A stretch of DNA of 64,000 bases, taken from the NCBI RefSeq assembly GCF_006345805.1, contig NC_043005.1:97030001-97094000 (forward strand), written 5' to 3'. The translations under genes were made by a program, and so were the position numbers. The notes beneath the pieces were generated by a model. The model had not been told where the DNA came from and made no database searches. It worked only from the letters and a program-made list of their open reading frames with translations. Below are positions 12,796 through 25,229 of the stretch, piece by piece; position 1 is the stretch's first letter; the number at the start of each line of letters is the position of its first letter. The stretch is from Octopus sinensis (Eukaryota).

Positions 12796-13839
12796 AAATC
12801 TGTAACGAATCATTCCTGAGAAAGGGAGGACTGTATTTGTGGCGCACCAGTGATGTGAACTCTCGCACATACGCATTTCATCTACAGCAGTCGAATCAAA
12901 CATTGAACGCCTCCTCCCTTCGCTCTAAGTAGTAGCTACTCATGACAGCAGCAGAAGCTGCAGCGGTTCTCCGTCGGTTATTGCTGACGATCAGTCAATG
13001 CATTGAATACCTGGATGTCGCTAGGTAGAAAAGGATTCGGAAATTCAGCTGACCGAAGAAGAATTAGAGAGACTGTTTAGAGTGGAGGCGGAAAAGAGAG
13101 AACTGAAAAGCCAAAATAAAGGAAGCGGCGTATGGTATTACGTAACCTACCCGCAGAATATTGAAACAGAGAAGAAAATACTCAAGTTCAACCAAATAGT
13201 AAGAGTAAAGATACCAGCATATATATATATGCAGAGGATATGAAGGAGATAGTAATTGAAGAGGTAAGTTATAAGAGACTGCAAGAAATGTGTGGAGATA
13301 ATATTGACCCACCAGGAGTAAGGGTGGAATTCAAAGAATTGCCACCAGTAGTGGATTTAGTAGAAATCGAACCACTAATGAAATATTACTAAAAAATAAA
13401 TATGTCAAAGCGACAGGAAAAAAGAAAAGAAAAAAGAAAAAGGAGAAAAGAAAAGGAAAAAAGAAAGAGTGTTTTATGTTATGTTTAATAATATCGGAAA
13501 ATAGATGAACAATTTTAGAGAACGTATATAACGGTTCAAATAATGGTAGACGATAATTAATTGTTAGTTAAATACATGGTAAAAACGGACAGTTTGAAAA
13601 GATTAATGGTAATGCATGTGATGAGGGGCGCATGCAGCCATTCATAACCCCATTATTGTATCTCATCATATTCGTTTTATGTATTGTCCCCTCTGTGGTG
13701 TCCTGTCTGTCCTTGTTTGTCCCCCTCTATTTTTGAGCCCTTGTGGCTAATAAAGAAACCGAGCTTTTAACTTTGGGTGAGATTCAATCCGTACCAACAA
13801 CGACAATCTTAACAGTGACTCTAATTCCGTTATAGATTT
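12796..13839. mobile_element. possible ~1-kb element bounded by imperfect inverted termini (solo LTR or TIR element)
   Basis: aaatctgtaacgaat at the left and attccgttatagattt at the right. No coding homology recognised. Confidence 0.3.
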
Positions 13840-14745
13840 GTAATGAAACAGCCACAAAAGTATATTGGGTTTTCTACAATGATCAGAAATATATTGTACT
13901 TTCTACAAAGATCTCTATTCATTTAGGTATGCTTACTTCTTTCTGTGAACGCTTACACTGCACTTGCTCACACTTTGTAAAAACTTACTTGTAGACGCAC
14001 ACATTATACAGACTTTATGCACACATCACACATACTCAAATACACGGCACAGATTCACTTGTGTGGGTGCACACAAAATGTAGGATCACCTATATGACTG
14101 AATGCAAAATAGACTTATTTGCATGAGTGTACATATACTAAATCATTTATATGAACACACACATCATTCAGATTCAGCTACATAGACACACAAAATCTTT
14201 GTGGAATTTCTATTTCTTTTCTATATTCATTGATATTTCACTGCTTTTAGTATGTTCTTGCTTTTCAACTTTTTTACTTAATAACTGCATTTGCTGCTAT
14301 ATCTTATTATTTTAATAAGCAGTTGTAGTTCCTTGACATAGAAGCTGCAATAAAGGTAGTAGCAGTGACATAGATTGCATACCAGCGATACAATACCTAT
14401 ACTACAATGACAAGATGGCTTTCGTGCGTACTTAAAAGTCTACGAGTTATCAGTTGCAACAAGCTCAATGGTGACGCATATTTAATTATAGTTGTGTGTT
14501 GAAATACTACGACCCATATTGCTTTCATTAATGAAAACCTGGCAGCAGGAATATAAATAACGTATTAACACACATCGTAGTAATTCATTTGTATGAACAC
14601 ATACACCGTAAAGGCATATTTGTATAGACGTGTACCACGTACAGTTTTCTTTGTATGAATGCACACACTTTAAGATTCACTTGTTTGAATGCAATTATTG
14701 TACAAGCTCATATATACGAACGCATAAATCATATTATCATATTTA

Positions 14746-15139
14746 CTAGCAGTATCGCCCGGCGTTGTTCGGGTTTGTTTCGACCCTTTAGAATTGGAAT
14801 TTGTGAAAAGTAAAAATTGTGCATTATGTAGCTTGTTATTCTCTTTAAGTGACCATTTTTCTGGTTGAAATACACCGAAAAATGGCGACACAGCAGTCAC
14901 AAAATCGTAAAAAATAGAGATTTTCATAGAAAAAAAAGCCCCTTTTTGATGTAAATAATTTTTGGCGTTAACATGGTCTAATTTGAATTTTTTCTTCTAC
15001 GGAAGGAAGAGCAAGCCTTCTATCATACTCTCAATTTTGGTCAACTTGTACCGCAGGGTCTCGGAGGAGATAGTGTTAGTTGAAGGCTACCAAACCTGCC
15101 ATACACAGACAACTTCAGCTTTATATAGAGAAAGATAGA
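14746..15139 (-). mobile_element. non-autonomous Helitron
   Basis: Minus strand starts TC(tatctttctctatataaagctg) and ends with hairpin cccgaacaacgccggg 8 nt before CTAG|T. A second copy lies at 44681-45066. Confidence 0.8.
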
Positions 15140-15771
15140 TAGCAAAATCTATAGAACACCGCTTTCGTTTCTGTACTGAATGGCATCCATTATTTTTCGT
15201 ATATATCTTGACATCGAAAATGTCACAGCGAAACAAAATTATCGACAAGTAAAAAATATACTTTGCTATGCGTAATGTCTTTGCTTCAGTTTATGTTTTC
15301 TGCAAATTAATTACAATTTATTCTCTAGGTAAAGAAAATTTTCTCCTTGATCAAAAATTTTTATGAGGGAGGGTTAAACATTCAGATATGTAAGAAGTGG
15401 ATATAACAACAAATGGAAGATGATTCCAACCTATTTGGATTCCACTCAAATTCGATTTAATTACTAACATTCACGTTCTCATAGTCAGTCTATTATATAT
15501 ACAGATTTCCAATTGTGACTTTTGGCCCGACATTTTGAGCTTATTTGATGAGGGTGCATTTGTCATCGCCGGTATTTGAATACATATCTTCAGTGGCTGT
15601 GAATAAATATCCTTCAAAATTTCCGAGTTGTTTTACTGATTCTATTACCCCCCTCTCTCTCTCACACACACACACACGCACACACACACACAAATATTAA
15701 CAGATATATACATATTTATATACATACATATACATATACTTTTATTCTAGATAGTTAATTATCTATATCTA

Positions 15772-15841
<70 letters not shown>

Positions 15842-15842
15842 C

Positions 15843-15900
<58 letters not shown>

Positions 15901-16589
15901 GTCTGTCTGTCTGTCTCTCTCTCTACATATGTAGTTAATCACCTATAATAGATAACCTGATAGTGTACACTTGGTAATTAATTTACAAGAGAGATTATCT
16001 GGGCAGGAATTATCTAACCTATGATATTTCTAGGTTAATTCTAGGCCAACTTTGGTGTTATAACCTCGAAAGGGATCAGCAGGTGTAATGCTGAATAATT
16101 TATGATGTTGATACTCTTGTGTGAGAATTTTGTTTATTTTCGGTGCACTTAGCAATACGATCTCTTGGTGCAGTACATAATTCTTTGATATTTAATTGAC
16201 AAATCTTCAAGCACCGAAACACCAGATAACTTTGAAATTAACACAGATTAATACATAGATACACACACATGCGCATACGCACACCCCACCAATACACCTC
16301 CACATATATATGAGTGTGTGTGTGTGTGTACATATGTATATTTATGTATACACATATATATATGTACACACACACATATACATAAAAATACATAGACATT
16401 CGCGCGCGCGCACACACACACACACGCATGTTTGTATATACGTTATGTCATTGTACGAGAATAAATGAAACAAAATGCATCGAAATAAGGTGCTAGGTCG
16501 AAATACCGATTATTTAGTTCCTATATCTTCATAGTTTCTCGAGAATATAACAATCCCCTCCAGATTTTTTAGAGTATGCAGTATACGCA

Positions 16590-17140
16590 AATCATGGTTG
16601 CCCCCTCGTTATCGAGTATGGCCATTGCACGAAGCTTAACTGTTACTGGTGCTGTGATCGAATGTGACTTTTTAGCCCAGCTAAAGATCTACAATGTCTT
16701 GTACAGAATTGGCAGTTAAAACCTTTACCGGCCAACAGCCGGCTGTAGTTGTAACTGGGCTTCATGTAACTTTGCACGTCGCTTAAGTTTTCCTGCCGAA
16801 TCACACTCTCTTCCACAGATATGATTAGTATGGTGTGTTACACCACCACCAGTGGCCAGGTTGTCACTCATCTGTCTCGCTTTATGACTACGAAGGTGAC
16901 TTTTGAGTCCAACTTTACAGAGGCAGGCTCTTGCACAGACATTGCATGTCAGCATCAAAGGAAGACCCTTCCCTTCTGGAAGTGTAACAGCGATGCCCTT
17001 CCTCACATCCCTCCTTACTTTCTCATGTGCAACTCGAGATTTCTGAAAAGTGGCCGTCCCCTCATGCACAATTCTTCCCCACCTGCTACGATCAATAGCT
17101 ATGCCTTCCCATGTATTTTGTGATGGTGTTCTGTATTGCA
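16590..17140 (-). mobile_element. RTE LINE 3' segment (ORF C-terminus with C2H2-type finger, plus 3'UTR)
   Basis: TWEGIAIDRSRWGRIVHEG...TCNVCARACLCKVGLKSHLRSH, followed by a terminal stem-loop ctcgataacgag near 16600. Confidence 0.8.
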
Positions 17141-17903
17141 TTCAGAAAATGCGGATACGGTGTTTACGTCCATTATCGAATCTCTGGCAGCATATTTAAT
17201 ATCAGGCGCCTTGCTGCAAAAACAAAGGTATTTACCTCTATCGTAAGAAACCTTTTGTATGCAGATGATTGTGAGCTAGTAGCACACACAGAGATTGATA
17301 TGCAACACATTTTGAATGCATTCTCTGATGCTTGCACTGCCTTAGGATTGACAGTCAATCTCAAGAAAACTGTTGTCATGCATCAACCTGCCCCTGGTAA
17401 GCAGTATAGTGTACCAAATATCTATGTGTATGGTAAACGACTTGATGTAGTCGATCAGTTTGTCTACCTGGGAAGCACTATTAACAGATATAACAAGTTG
17501 GATTATGAAATTCCATATAGAATTAGGAAAGCAAGTGTTGCTTTCGGAAGGCTAGAAAAGCGCCTCTGGAGTCGGCGTAAGACAAAGATAAAGGTGTCCA
17601 AGGCATGTGTGCTCCCTTCTCTTCTCTATGCCTGCGAGACGTGGGTCACACATCGATACCACCTTAAACAACTGGAACCTTTCCATCAGATGTGCCTCAG
17701 ACGGATCTATGGCATTAAGTGGAAGGACTGCATCAGTGATCTTGAAATATTAGAAGGCTCTCGGTGTGAAAGTATACAAGCTCTTGTGTTAAAGCAAAGG
17801 CTCAGATGGAGTGGTCATCTAGTCAGGATGAAGGATTCAAGGATGCCAAAACAACTCTTTTATGGAGAGTTAGCTAAAGGAAAACGACATAAAAAGAGGT
17901 ATA
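17141..17903 (+). mobile_element. RTE LINE reverse transcriptase segment (inverted relative to its 3' end)
   Basis: YRISGSIFNIRRLAAKTK...LLYADDC...FVYLGSTI...LLYACETW...RLRWSGHLVRM.DSRMPKQLFYGEL is typical RTE-clade RT and thumb. Confidence 0.92.
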
Positions 17904-17927
17904 CGCAAATTCATACATACATACTTG

Positions 17928-17992
<65 letters not shown>

Positions 17993-18044
17993 TTACATGT
18001 ATATATATATAGAGAGAGAGAGAATGCTAAAATAAATTTATCAT

Positions 18045-18255
18045 AAAAAACATTTTAGTACCGGTTTCAGTCATTGAAACTTTTCAACTCTAAGTATGGA
18101 AAACAATTAAATTTTGGGAAAAAAAGTTTTTTAAAAGAATATTTGCATAGTATTCAAATACAAGGGGCATTTCTCTTATTTCTGCCTGTCTCAGTCTCTC
18201 CTTTTTACTCTTGTGGGTTCGAGGTCGTTGTGAATTCTTGGCAGAGAATAATAAC

Positions 18256-18308
<53 letters not shown>

Positions 18309-19750
18309 GAAGAAGAAGAAGAAGAAGAGAAAGAATAATAAAGAATGCGGGCGTGGTATGATAGTAGTAGGATGTTAAATGGTCAAGTGCCCTGAAAGTG
18401 ACTTGTTGTGGATGATAGTAGTGATTGAATTCTTGAGACATCTCTTTTGAATGTATTGTTTTTAATATTTGCGTGGGTGTTATTCTAAGCAGCAGTAGTA
18501 GTAAAGTAAAGAAGGAGGTGGCAGAGCGGAAGAAGAAGACGAAGAAGGAGAAGAAGAAGAGAAAGAATAATAAAAGAATGCGGGAGTGGTATGATAGTAT
18601 TAGGATGTTAAATGGTCAAGTGCCCTAAAAGTGATTCGTTGTGGATTATAGTAGTGATTCGGACTGTTTTTAATGAATTCTTGGGCATCTCATTTCAATG
18701 TATCATTTTTTAATATTTGTGTGTTATTCTAAGGTCGTGGAGGACATGTCATTTGTCGTAGATGCGTTTAAAGGGGTCTGTATTCTCTTTACTAATTCGT
18801 TGGCTACAGGTTGTATCATCCCTGAATTGCTAGAGGGGGAAAATTCTGAAGCTTGGATTTTTGTTATTGGCGCAAATGTCGACGTGTTGGCTGAATGCCA
18901 TTTTTCTATTTTTCGGAATTTTGATCTGGGATCTGTGCAGAGCTATCCTTTGGTGTAGACCGTTTTTTGTTTGGTCTATGTATTGCTATTGACACCCAGA
19001 GCAGGTTAGTGCGTATATCAAGTTCTCCCATGCACATGTGAAGATGCTTTTCACTGAGAATCGTTGTCTCTGTTTGAAGGAGATCTCTGATCCTTCAATT
19101 AAATTGACGCATATCCCACAGTTGGGTCATCCGCATTTTTTTACTGACGGCTTCAGTGTTGTTGTTGAGCGTATTCGGGCTTGTGTTAGGAGACTTTCCA
19201 TAGATTTGGGTTGTCTCTTGCTTTTTATGATGGTGTGTGTTTGGAGAATTAAGTTCATTCTGTGCTCCTTTTTTAGCAGGGAATTATTTTGAAGGATGAT
19301 GTCGAAGGCTTCATTGTTAAGAGGGTTGTGGAGATGTATGGTAGGGCTTTTGGTTGTAAATCCTTCTTTAATTTGGGATGTCTGAGTTCGTGGATGTTGA
19401 GTTGTAGGGCACGTTGAAGGCATATGTCAATTAGTGAAGGTGGGTAGTTCCTGGTGATGAGTGTATTCTTTAGTTCATGTGGTCGTGTATCCTTGCATTA
19501 GAAACTATAGTACAAATCCTTTTTGCCAGGCTGAAGGGGATATTCATTCTGGTGTGTCTGGGGTGGCAAGAGTTGAACGGTAGATATTGCTTAAAGTCCG
19601 TGGGCTTATAGTATATATCTATTTCTATTACATTGTTGGATTTCTTAATGAGGATGTCGAGGAAGGGAAGTTGTTGATGGCTATATTCCACCGTGAATTG
19701 AATGTTTACGCCAAGTCCATTTATAAGTGCTTGGAACTCTTTAATTTCTC
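18045..19750 (-). mobile_element. Penelope-like element, 5'-truncated (RT C-terminus, GIY-YIG endonuclease, pLTR-like 3' region)
   Basis: LPFLDILI...IYYKPTD..QYLPFNSCHPRH...IPFSLAKRICTIVS, then KKCG.PNCGIC and NLIYALTCSGCQ.QYIDQT (GIY-YIG). Direct repeats at ~18325-18485 and ~18555-18730. Multiple stops. Confidence 0.88.
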
Positions 19751-20129
19751 TATATTTTCATGCGAAAGAATGGCTAAAAGAATGCTTACGATTGGCTAAA
19801 ATTACCAACATTTTCAAACTTTAATTGCTAATAACTCTTTATTTATTGATTTATAGCGAAAATTACTTTCACGTCATTAATTAGCCTATAAAAGTGTATC
19901 ATTACACTGAATATGAAATCAATTCGAACACAATTGGTGCTGGCAGCCAAACCGATAAGATCCACCACTGCTAATACATCAGTAGTAGTATCACTTCTAA
20001 CTCTATTCGTACCATTTTCGCAACTACCGCCTAAACCATCATTACCAACTACTACTAACTCTACCACTCTCACAACAACCACTATACTAAATATAAAGCC
20101 ATCGCTCTATTAAATAATACACTGCCACT

Positions 20130-20650
20130 ATCATCTTGGCTATCAACACTTCCTTTAACGCCATTATCACGAACACAACCACCATCATCACAAATATTAT
20201 CACTACAAGTAGCAGCCTCACCACCACAAACATTACCGCCGCCACCGTTACCAACACTGTCACCACTAACAACACCACCAGAATCATCATCACCTTTATT
20301 ATCATTACAAACACCATCAGTATCACCATAAAAGCCTCCAGCATCTATCACAAAGACAACCAACGTCGCCAGAAACACTTCTCCCACCACCACCACCACC
20401 ACGAATCCCCCCCATCCATCCATCGTCACCACAAAGAGCATCAACATCATCACACACTACTTCACAAGCAACTTTCCATAAGCACCACCACCAACACCAA
20501 CGCCAGCAATATCAATTCTACGCCTTACCACAAACAACAAAAGGCCACCACCACCACAACTGCTACCACCATTATAAACACGAGAACACATTCAACTATT
20601 CCCACCACCACCACTACCACCGTCATCATCATCATCATCATCATCATCAC
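20130..20650. repeat. degenerate (CAC/CAT/CAA)n low-complexity tract
   Basis: Strongly C/A-skewed trinucleotide sequence; explains the overlapping Thr/Val-rich ORFs. Confidence 0.8.
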
Positions 20651-21010
20651 ATTGAAGCATATTGAAGACTTTCTCTGAAGCGATACAGAAAAGAATCGGA
20701 ATGTTTCTATTACTTGGTGTTGATGTCTTGACAAGTCTTTTTCTTAGTTAAAGAAAGTCGATAAGGGAGATAAACGTGAAGAGATATGGTTTTGTTTTTT
20801 GCATAGTAAAACTGACCTTTTTTTCCCTCCACCTTTGTTGGTTTTTCAATTTTAACAAACGCAGCAGAAAATTATATGAGGGGATTTGCTTTTAGAAGAC
20901 TTCTGCTTTTGTTATTTATGTGCAAGTATTTGACTGCACACACACACACACACACACACGCATTCACACACACGTATATATATGTAAATGTATATAATCA
21001 TTCTCTCTCC

Positions 21011-21092
<82 letters not shown>

Positions 21093-21126
21093 ATAATAAT
21101 AATATAATATAATATATAATATATAA

Positions 21127-21247
21127 TTGGCCTGCTCGCTTAGCCAGCGGGGTGGCGCCATTCGAAGGTTAAAACAATGCGAACGCATTGTGACCAGCAA
21201 TGTGTAACTACATCTGATGGACTGGTCGGTCACGTGATCACGGTGAT
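21127..21247 (+). mobile_element. isolated 3' tail of SINE family C (TA-tailed variant)
   Basis: ttggcctgctcgcttagccagcgggg...ggtcggtcacgtgatcacggtgat. Same module as 37876-37997 and 58430-58530(-), flanked by (TA)n. Confidence 0.8.
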
Positions 21248-21635
21248 AATATATAATATATAATATATAATTTAGCGTGCGATTTAATAAATTGTATTTT
21301 AGACAAACTTCTGCTGATGACCTATAGATGTTGTGTAAGTAAAATTGCATATTACATTAATAGCGAAACAATTGTCCAGAGTTAATCTATATTTTCGTTA
21401 TTTTTCACTTGCCTCGTTTACGTTAAATGTTGTGTTAATTCTCCTTGGAAACAATTTTTTAGTGGCTAATACCATAGCGGATATATTTTTAGCGCTAGAG
21501 TCGACCATATAGTGGTCACTCTCTTATATTTATGTATACATTTTTATTGTATCCCTGGCTTCTATGCGCTAAGCCACTTGGTGTTAAATTGATGGTATTA
21601 TTAAATTAATATCTAATTTTTCACCCTTATTTGTA

Positions 21636-21675
<40 letters not shown>

Positions 21676-21957
21676 CACAAATAAGAAAATGGAGAAACAA
21701 ATTTAGTTTGTTCATCAACTTTCGGATATTATAGTGTTGGATTATTTATTCATTTAACAAAATGAGAAACTCAATAGCATACATATATATCTTATAATTC
21801 AATATTTATATATATAAAATTCAAATTACGATGAACGTAAATAAACAAACGAAGTTTGCTTTAGAAGCGTTGAAAGTTAAAGAAGTGATTTTAAATTCTC
21901 AAACGCAGAATAATGCTAATGATATAGCCTAACAGGATAAGCTACCCCTATTTTGCA

Positions 21958-22031
21958 GAAAAAAGTGTTGGCGGTCGGCTATGAGACTCGAACTCACACC
22001 TCCGTGTGAACCATTAAGCTAAACGGCCCAC
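21958..22031 (-). pseudogene. tRNA-derived sequence lacking the anticodon arm, with an oligo-T terminator
   Basis: Minus strand gggccgtttagcttaatggtt...gtgagttcgagtctcat...ccaacacttttt shows an A-box, a B-box/T-arm and a T-run. Confidence 0.5.
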
Positions 22032-22173
22032 ACCACACAAATTCTTCTGCAAATTTAAGATATATAGAAATTTCACTTTATGAGACGCTATCATACGTTA
22101 AATTCAAATTATGATGAATGTAAACAAACAAACGAAGGTTTGCTTTAGCAACGTTGAGATGTCTTTATATATA

Positions 22174-22215
<42 letters not shown>

Positions 22216-22659
22216 TATATAATGTTTTGAATCACACAACAATGCTCTATAATACAAACAATGGACTATAATATATGATAACTGTTGTAATTTAATCACC
22301 CATAGTCTGATATGATATTTCGGAATAAAATTCCTTCTTTAGATATCCCTAGAAATTGATGGAGTCGGTTTTTCAACGGCTTTTCTGTTTTTATTTTTAT
22401 GTTCCGAAAGCGTCTCAGCAGTGGTCTCACAAAGCGCCTTCCGGAATTCCTCATAAGATGTGCATGAGGTCGGCCATGTCTCAATCTCATGGGTGCTGGC
22501 ACATCCGTAGCGCTGCTTCTAAGTTACGTATTAAACGTGCAGCTTCCAGTTTTTCCCTTCTTTTTCTCTCTTTTTTTTTTACTATAAACAATGCATGAGC
22601 ATGTTATCAAAACTGAACCTACACGCATCTAGATGTAGCTAAATAACACATTGATTACC

Positions 22660-22960
22660 AACCTCCAGCCTGTTGTTTATTTGGGGCCCTAGTCTGTGTA
22701 TGAGTACAGCTTCCTTAATTCTTCAATTACCCAAATTTCTTTCATTGGCCTCAATAGTGACTCTTATGCTTTTGTCGGTGTTCTGGCATCTGTCTAGATG
22801 TTTTCTGAAAGAGGAGGATTTCATGTTCAGATGCTCTTTGATGCCAACGTGTAATGTGCTACCCACATAAAACTTGTTGCATTTGTTACATTGTATTCTA
22901 TGCACAACATTTACCCGTTGGCATAAATCTGTGTCACGGATGGGACAGATTATTAGTGTG
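22660..22960 (-). mobile_element. Penelope-like GIY-YIG endonuclease fragment (second family)
   Basis: RIQCNKCNKFYVGST-LHVGIKEHL...SSFRKHL...RIKEAVLIHRLGPQIN. Confidence 0.8.
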
Positions 22961-23137
22961 CATTGACTGTTGTCTCTTGTTCGTTTCTTTACTACTTATT
23001 ATTACTATTATTATTGTACCAGTTAATCACTGGGGTCGATGTAATTGACTTAATCCCCTTGTCTGTCCTTGTTTGTTCCCTCTATGTTTAGACCCCTGTA
23101 GGCAATAAAGAAATAAATTATTATTATTATTATTTTT

Positions 23138-23666
23138 GAGTGACACTGGGGTAAAATATATGAAACCCAGCATACCCATCATGACTACCCGTCTGATAAG
23201 GGTACACCAAGCACATGCATCACAACCAGATGTGCGCGACATGGTGATCTCATATCAAGATAAAGAGCGCATGACTTTGCAGGTGGGGCCCAGTTGGAAT
23301 TTTTTTCTGGTCGAGTAACCCATCTCGCTCAAAAGGTCCCTGAATAAGGGTTGTTTAAGGATGTTGAACGAACTATTCATGTTTCCAAAGGTGAATTATC
23401 CAAACCACCAAGAATTCCTTACAACACATGGCTATGATGCTCCCCCACTACTTCTGCCCATGATCAAGAGATGTACATATCGTCAGCCACTAAGGGACAT
23501 CCTCAACTGGCTATGGTCAAACAAGTAACAAGCAAATCTGTGGTATTGAGCAGAATATTTGCTGTAGCTCATCTTTTATACCAAGACAAAACAATGTACA
23601 TGATAACACTTCCAGTCAGTTAAGATCAGAAGCCATGAGAGCCACTGCCTGGTACTGCATGAAGGC

Positions 23667-23668
<2 letters not shown>
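23138..23668 (-). mobile_element. family E copy 4
   Basis: Reverse complement of 1559-2112, with a short microhomology deletion near its 3' end, flanked by (ATT)n. Confidence 0.85.
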
Positions 23669-23721
<53 letters not shown>

Positions 23722-24276
23722 GAGTGAGAGAGCATTGCATGCCATCAAAGTGACACTGGGGTAAAATATACGAAGCCCAGTATACCCATCAGGACTGGCC
23801 GTCTGATAAGGGTACACTAGGCACATGCATCACAACCATATGTGCGTGACATGGTGATCTCAAATCAAGATAAACAGCGCATGACCTTGCAAGTGGGGCC
23901 CAGTTAGAATTTTCTTCAGATCGAGTAACCCATCCCGCTCAAAAGGTCCCCAAATAAGAGTTGTTTAAGGATGTTGAACGAAACACCCATGTTTCCAAAA
24001 GTGAATTATCCAAATCTCTAAGAATCCCTTTCAACACATGGCTATGATGCTCCCCCACTACTTCTGCTCGTGGTTAGAGATGTACATATCATCAGACACT
24101 AAGAGAACGCTCAACGGGTTATAGTCAAACAACTGACAAGAAAATCTGTGGTATTGAGTAGAATATTTGCTGTAGCCCATCTTTTATACCAAGACAAAAC
24201 AATGTACATGATAACACTTCCACTCAGTTAAGATCAGAAGCCATGAGAGCCACTGCCTGGTACTGCATCTGGGCAT
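23722..24276 (-). mobile_element. family E copy 5 (tandem with copy 4)
   Basis: Full-length reverse-complement copy with (ATT)n on both sides. Confidence 0.85.
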
Positions 24277-24996
24277 TTATTATTATTATTATTATTATCG
24301 TTTTTTTTCATTGCTTGGAGACTTTCGATTCTTAAATCAAGAACTGGGTATATCTCTGAAATATATAAAAGAGATTGAGACTGATGTTTCAAGGTTAACA
24401 AAAAAATGCTCAAGTTTCAATGCTGTTTGAAAATACCCAAACAATATTTAAAGACCCTGGTATTGCTATTTTTCTGGAACGTTCCTCTGTCTATCTTCAA
24501 AGGCAATCTGTCAATGTCACTACAAAAAGTGTGGTGATTAATAACTCCAGTTGTATCAATTACTAGTGGGGATGATAATCACATCCATTAACAAGTAGCA
24601 AATTGTTTGGGTCAGTGCATTTGTCAGTGCGTTGTATAGAATACATCGCGGTATTTGTACCGATTATCCGCTCTCTGAGTTCAAATCCCACCGACGTCAA
24701 TGGTGCATTTCATTCTTTCGTGGAAGATAAAAATAAGATTTACCAATCCAGGGTGGCGTATTGACGAAACAGTTAGAGGAGGATCGAGGGATATGCGTCA
24801 ACAGGAACGTCTGAACATCATTATAGGGCCCGGGTAAATTAGTGCACAGGGCCCTTAAGTATTTATTTTTGACAGCAAGCCAGAACAGACAGTGATCCAA
24901 ATTGGGTATCCAGACTCACGAAGCTCCCGGGCAACTGCCTGTGTGCCCACGCACTAAGATCGCACTGTGCCTGATGGCATCTACCTTGGTGTTTGA

Positions 24997-25229
24997 AAGG
25001 TGGCGAGCTGGTAGAAACGTTAGCACGCCGGGCGAAATGCTTAGCGGTATCTCGTCTGCCGCTACGTTCTGAGTTCAAATTCCGCCGAGGTCGACTTTGC
25101 CTTTCATCCTTTTGGGGTCGATTAAATAAGTACCAGTTACGCACTGGGGTCGATATAATCGACTCAATCCGTTTGGCTGTCCTTGTTTGTCCCCTCTGTG
25201 TATAGCCCCTTGTGGGTAGTAAAGAAATA
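24997..25229 (+). mobile_element. tRNA-derived SINE family A, full length, with a 21-bp TSD
   Basis: A-box (gagctggtagaa), B-box (gagttcaaattcc) and central gaggtcgactttgcctttcatcc domain. Flanks ggcatctaccttggtgtttga / ggtatctgccttggtgtttga. Confidence 0.9.

Noticed and set aside
19843-20734. Overlapping Thr-rich and Val-rich ORFs resembling mucin or membrane proteins
   Set aside because: Degenerate trinucleotide low-complexity DNA open in several frames; no splice or domain evidence
24802-24967. Possible hAT MITE (caggaacgtctga...taagatcgcactg)
   Set aside because: TIRs are weak and the putative 8-bp TSD matches at only 5 of 8 positions
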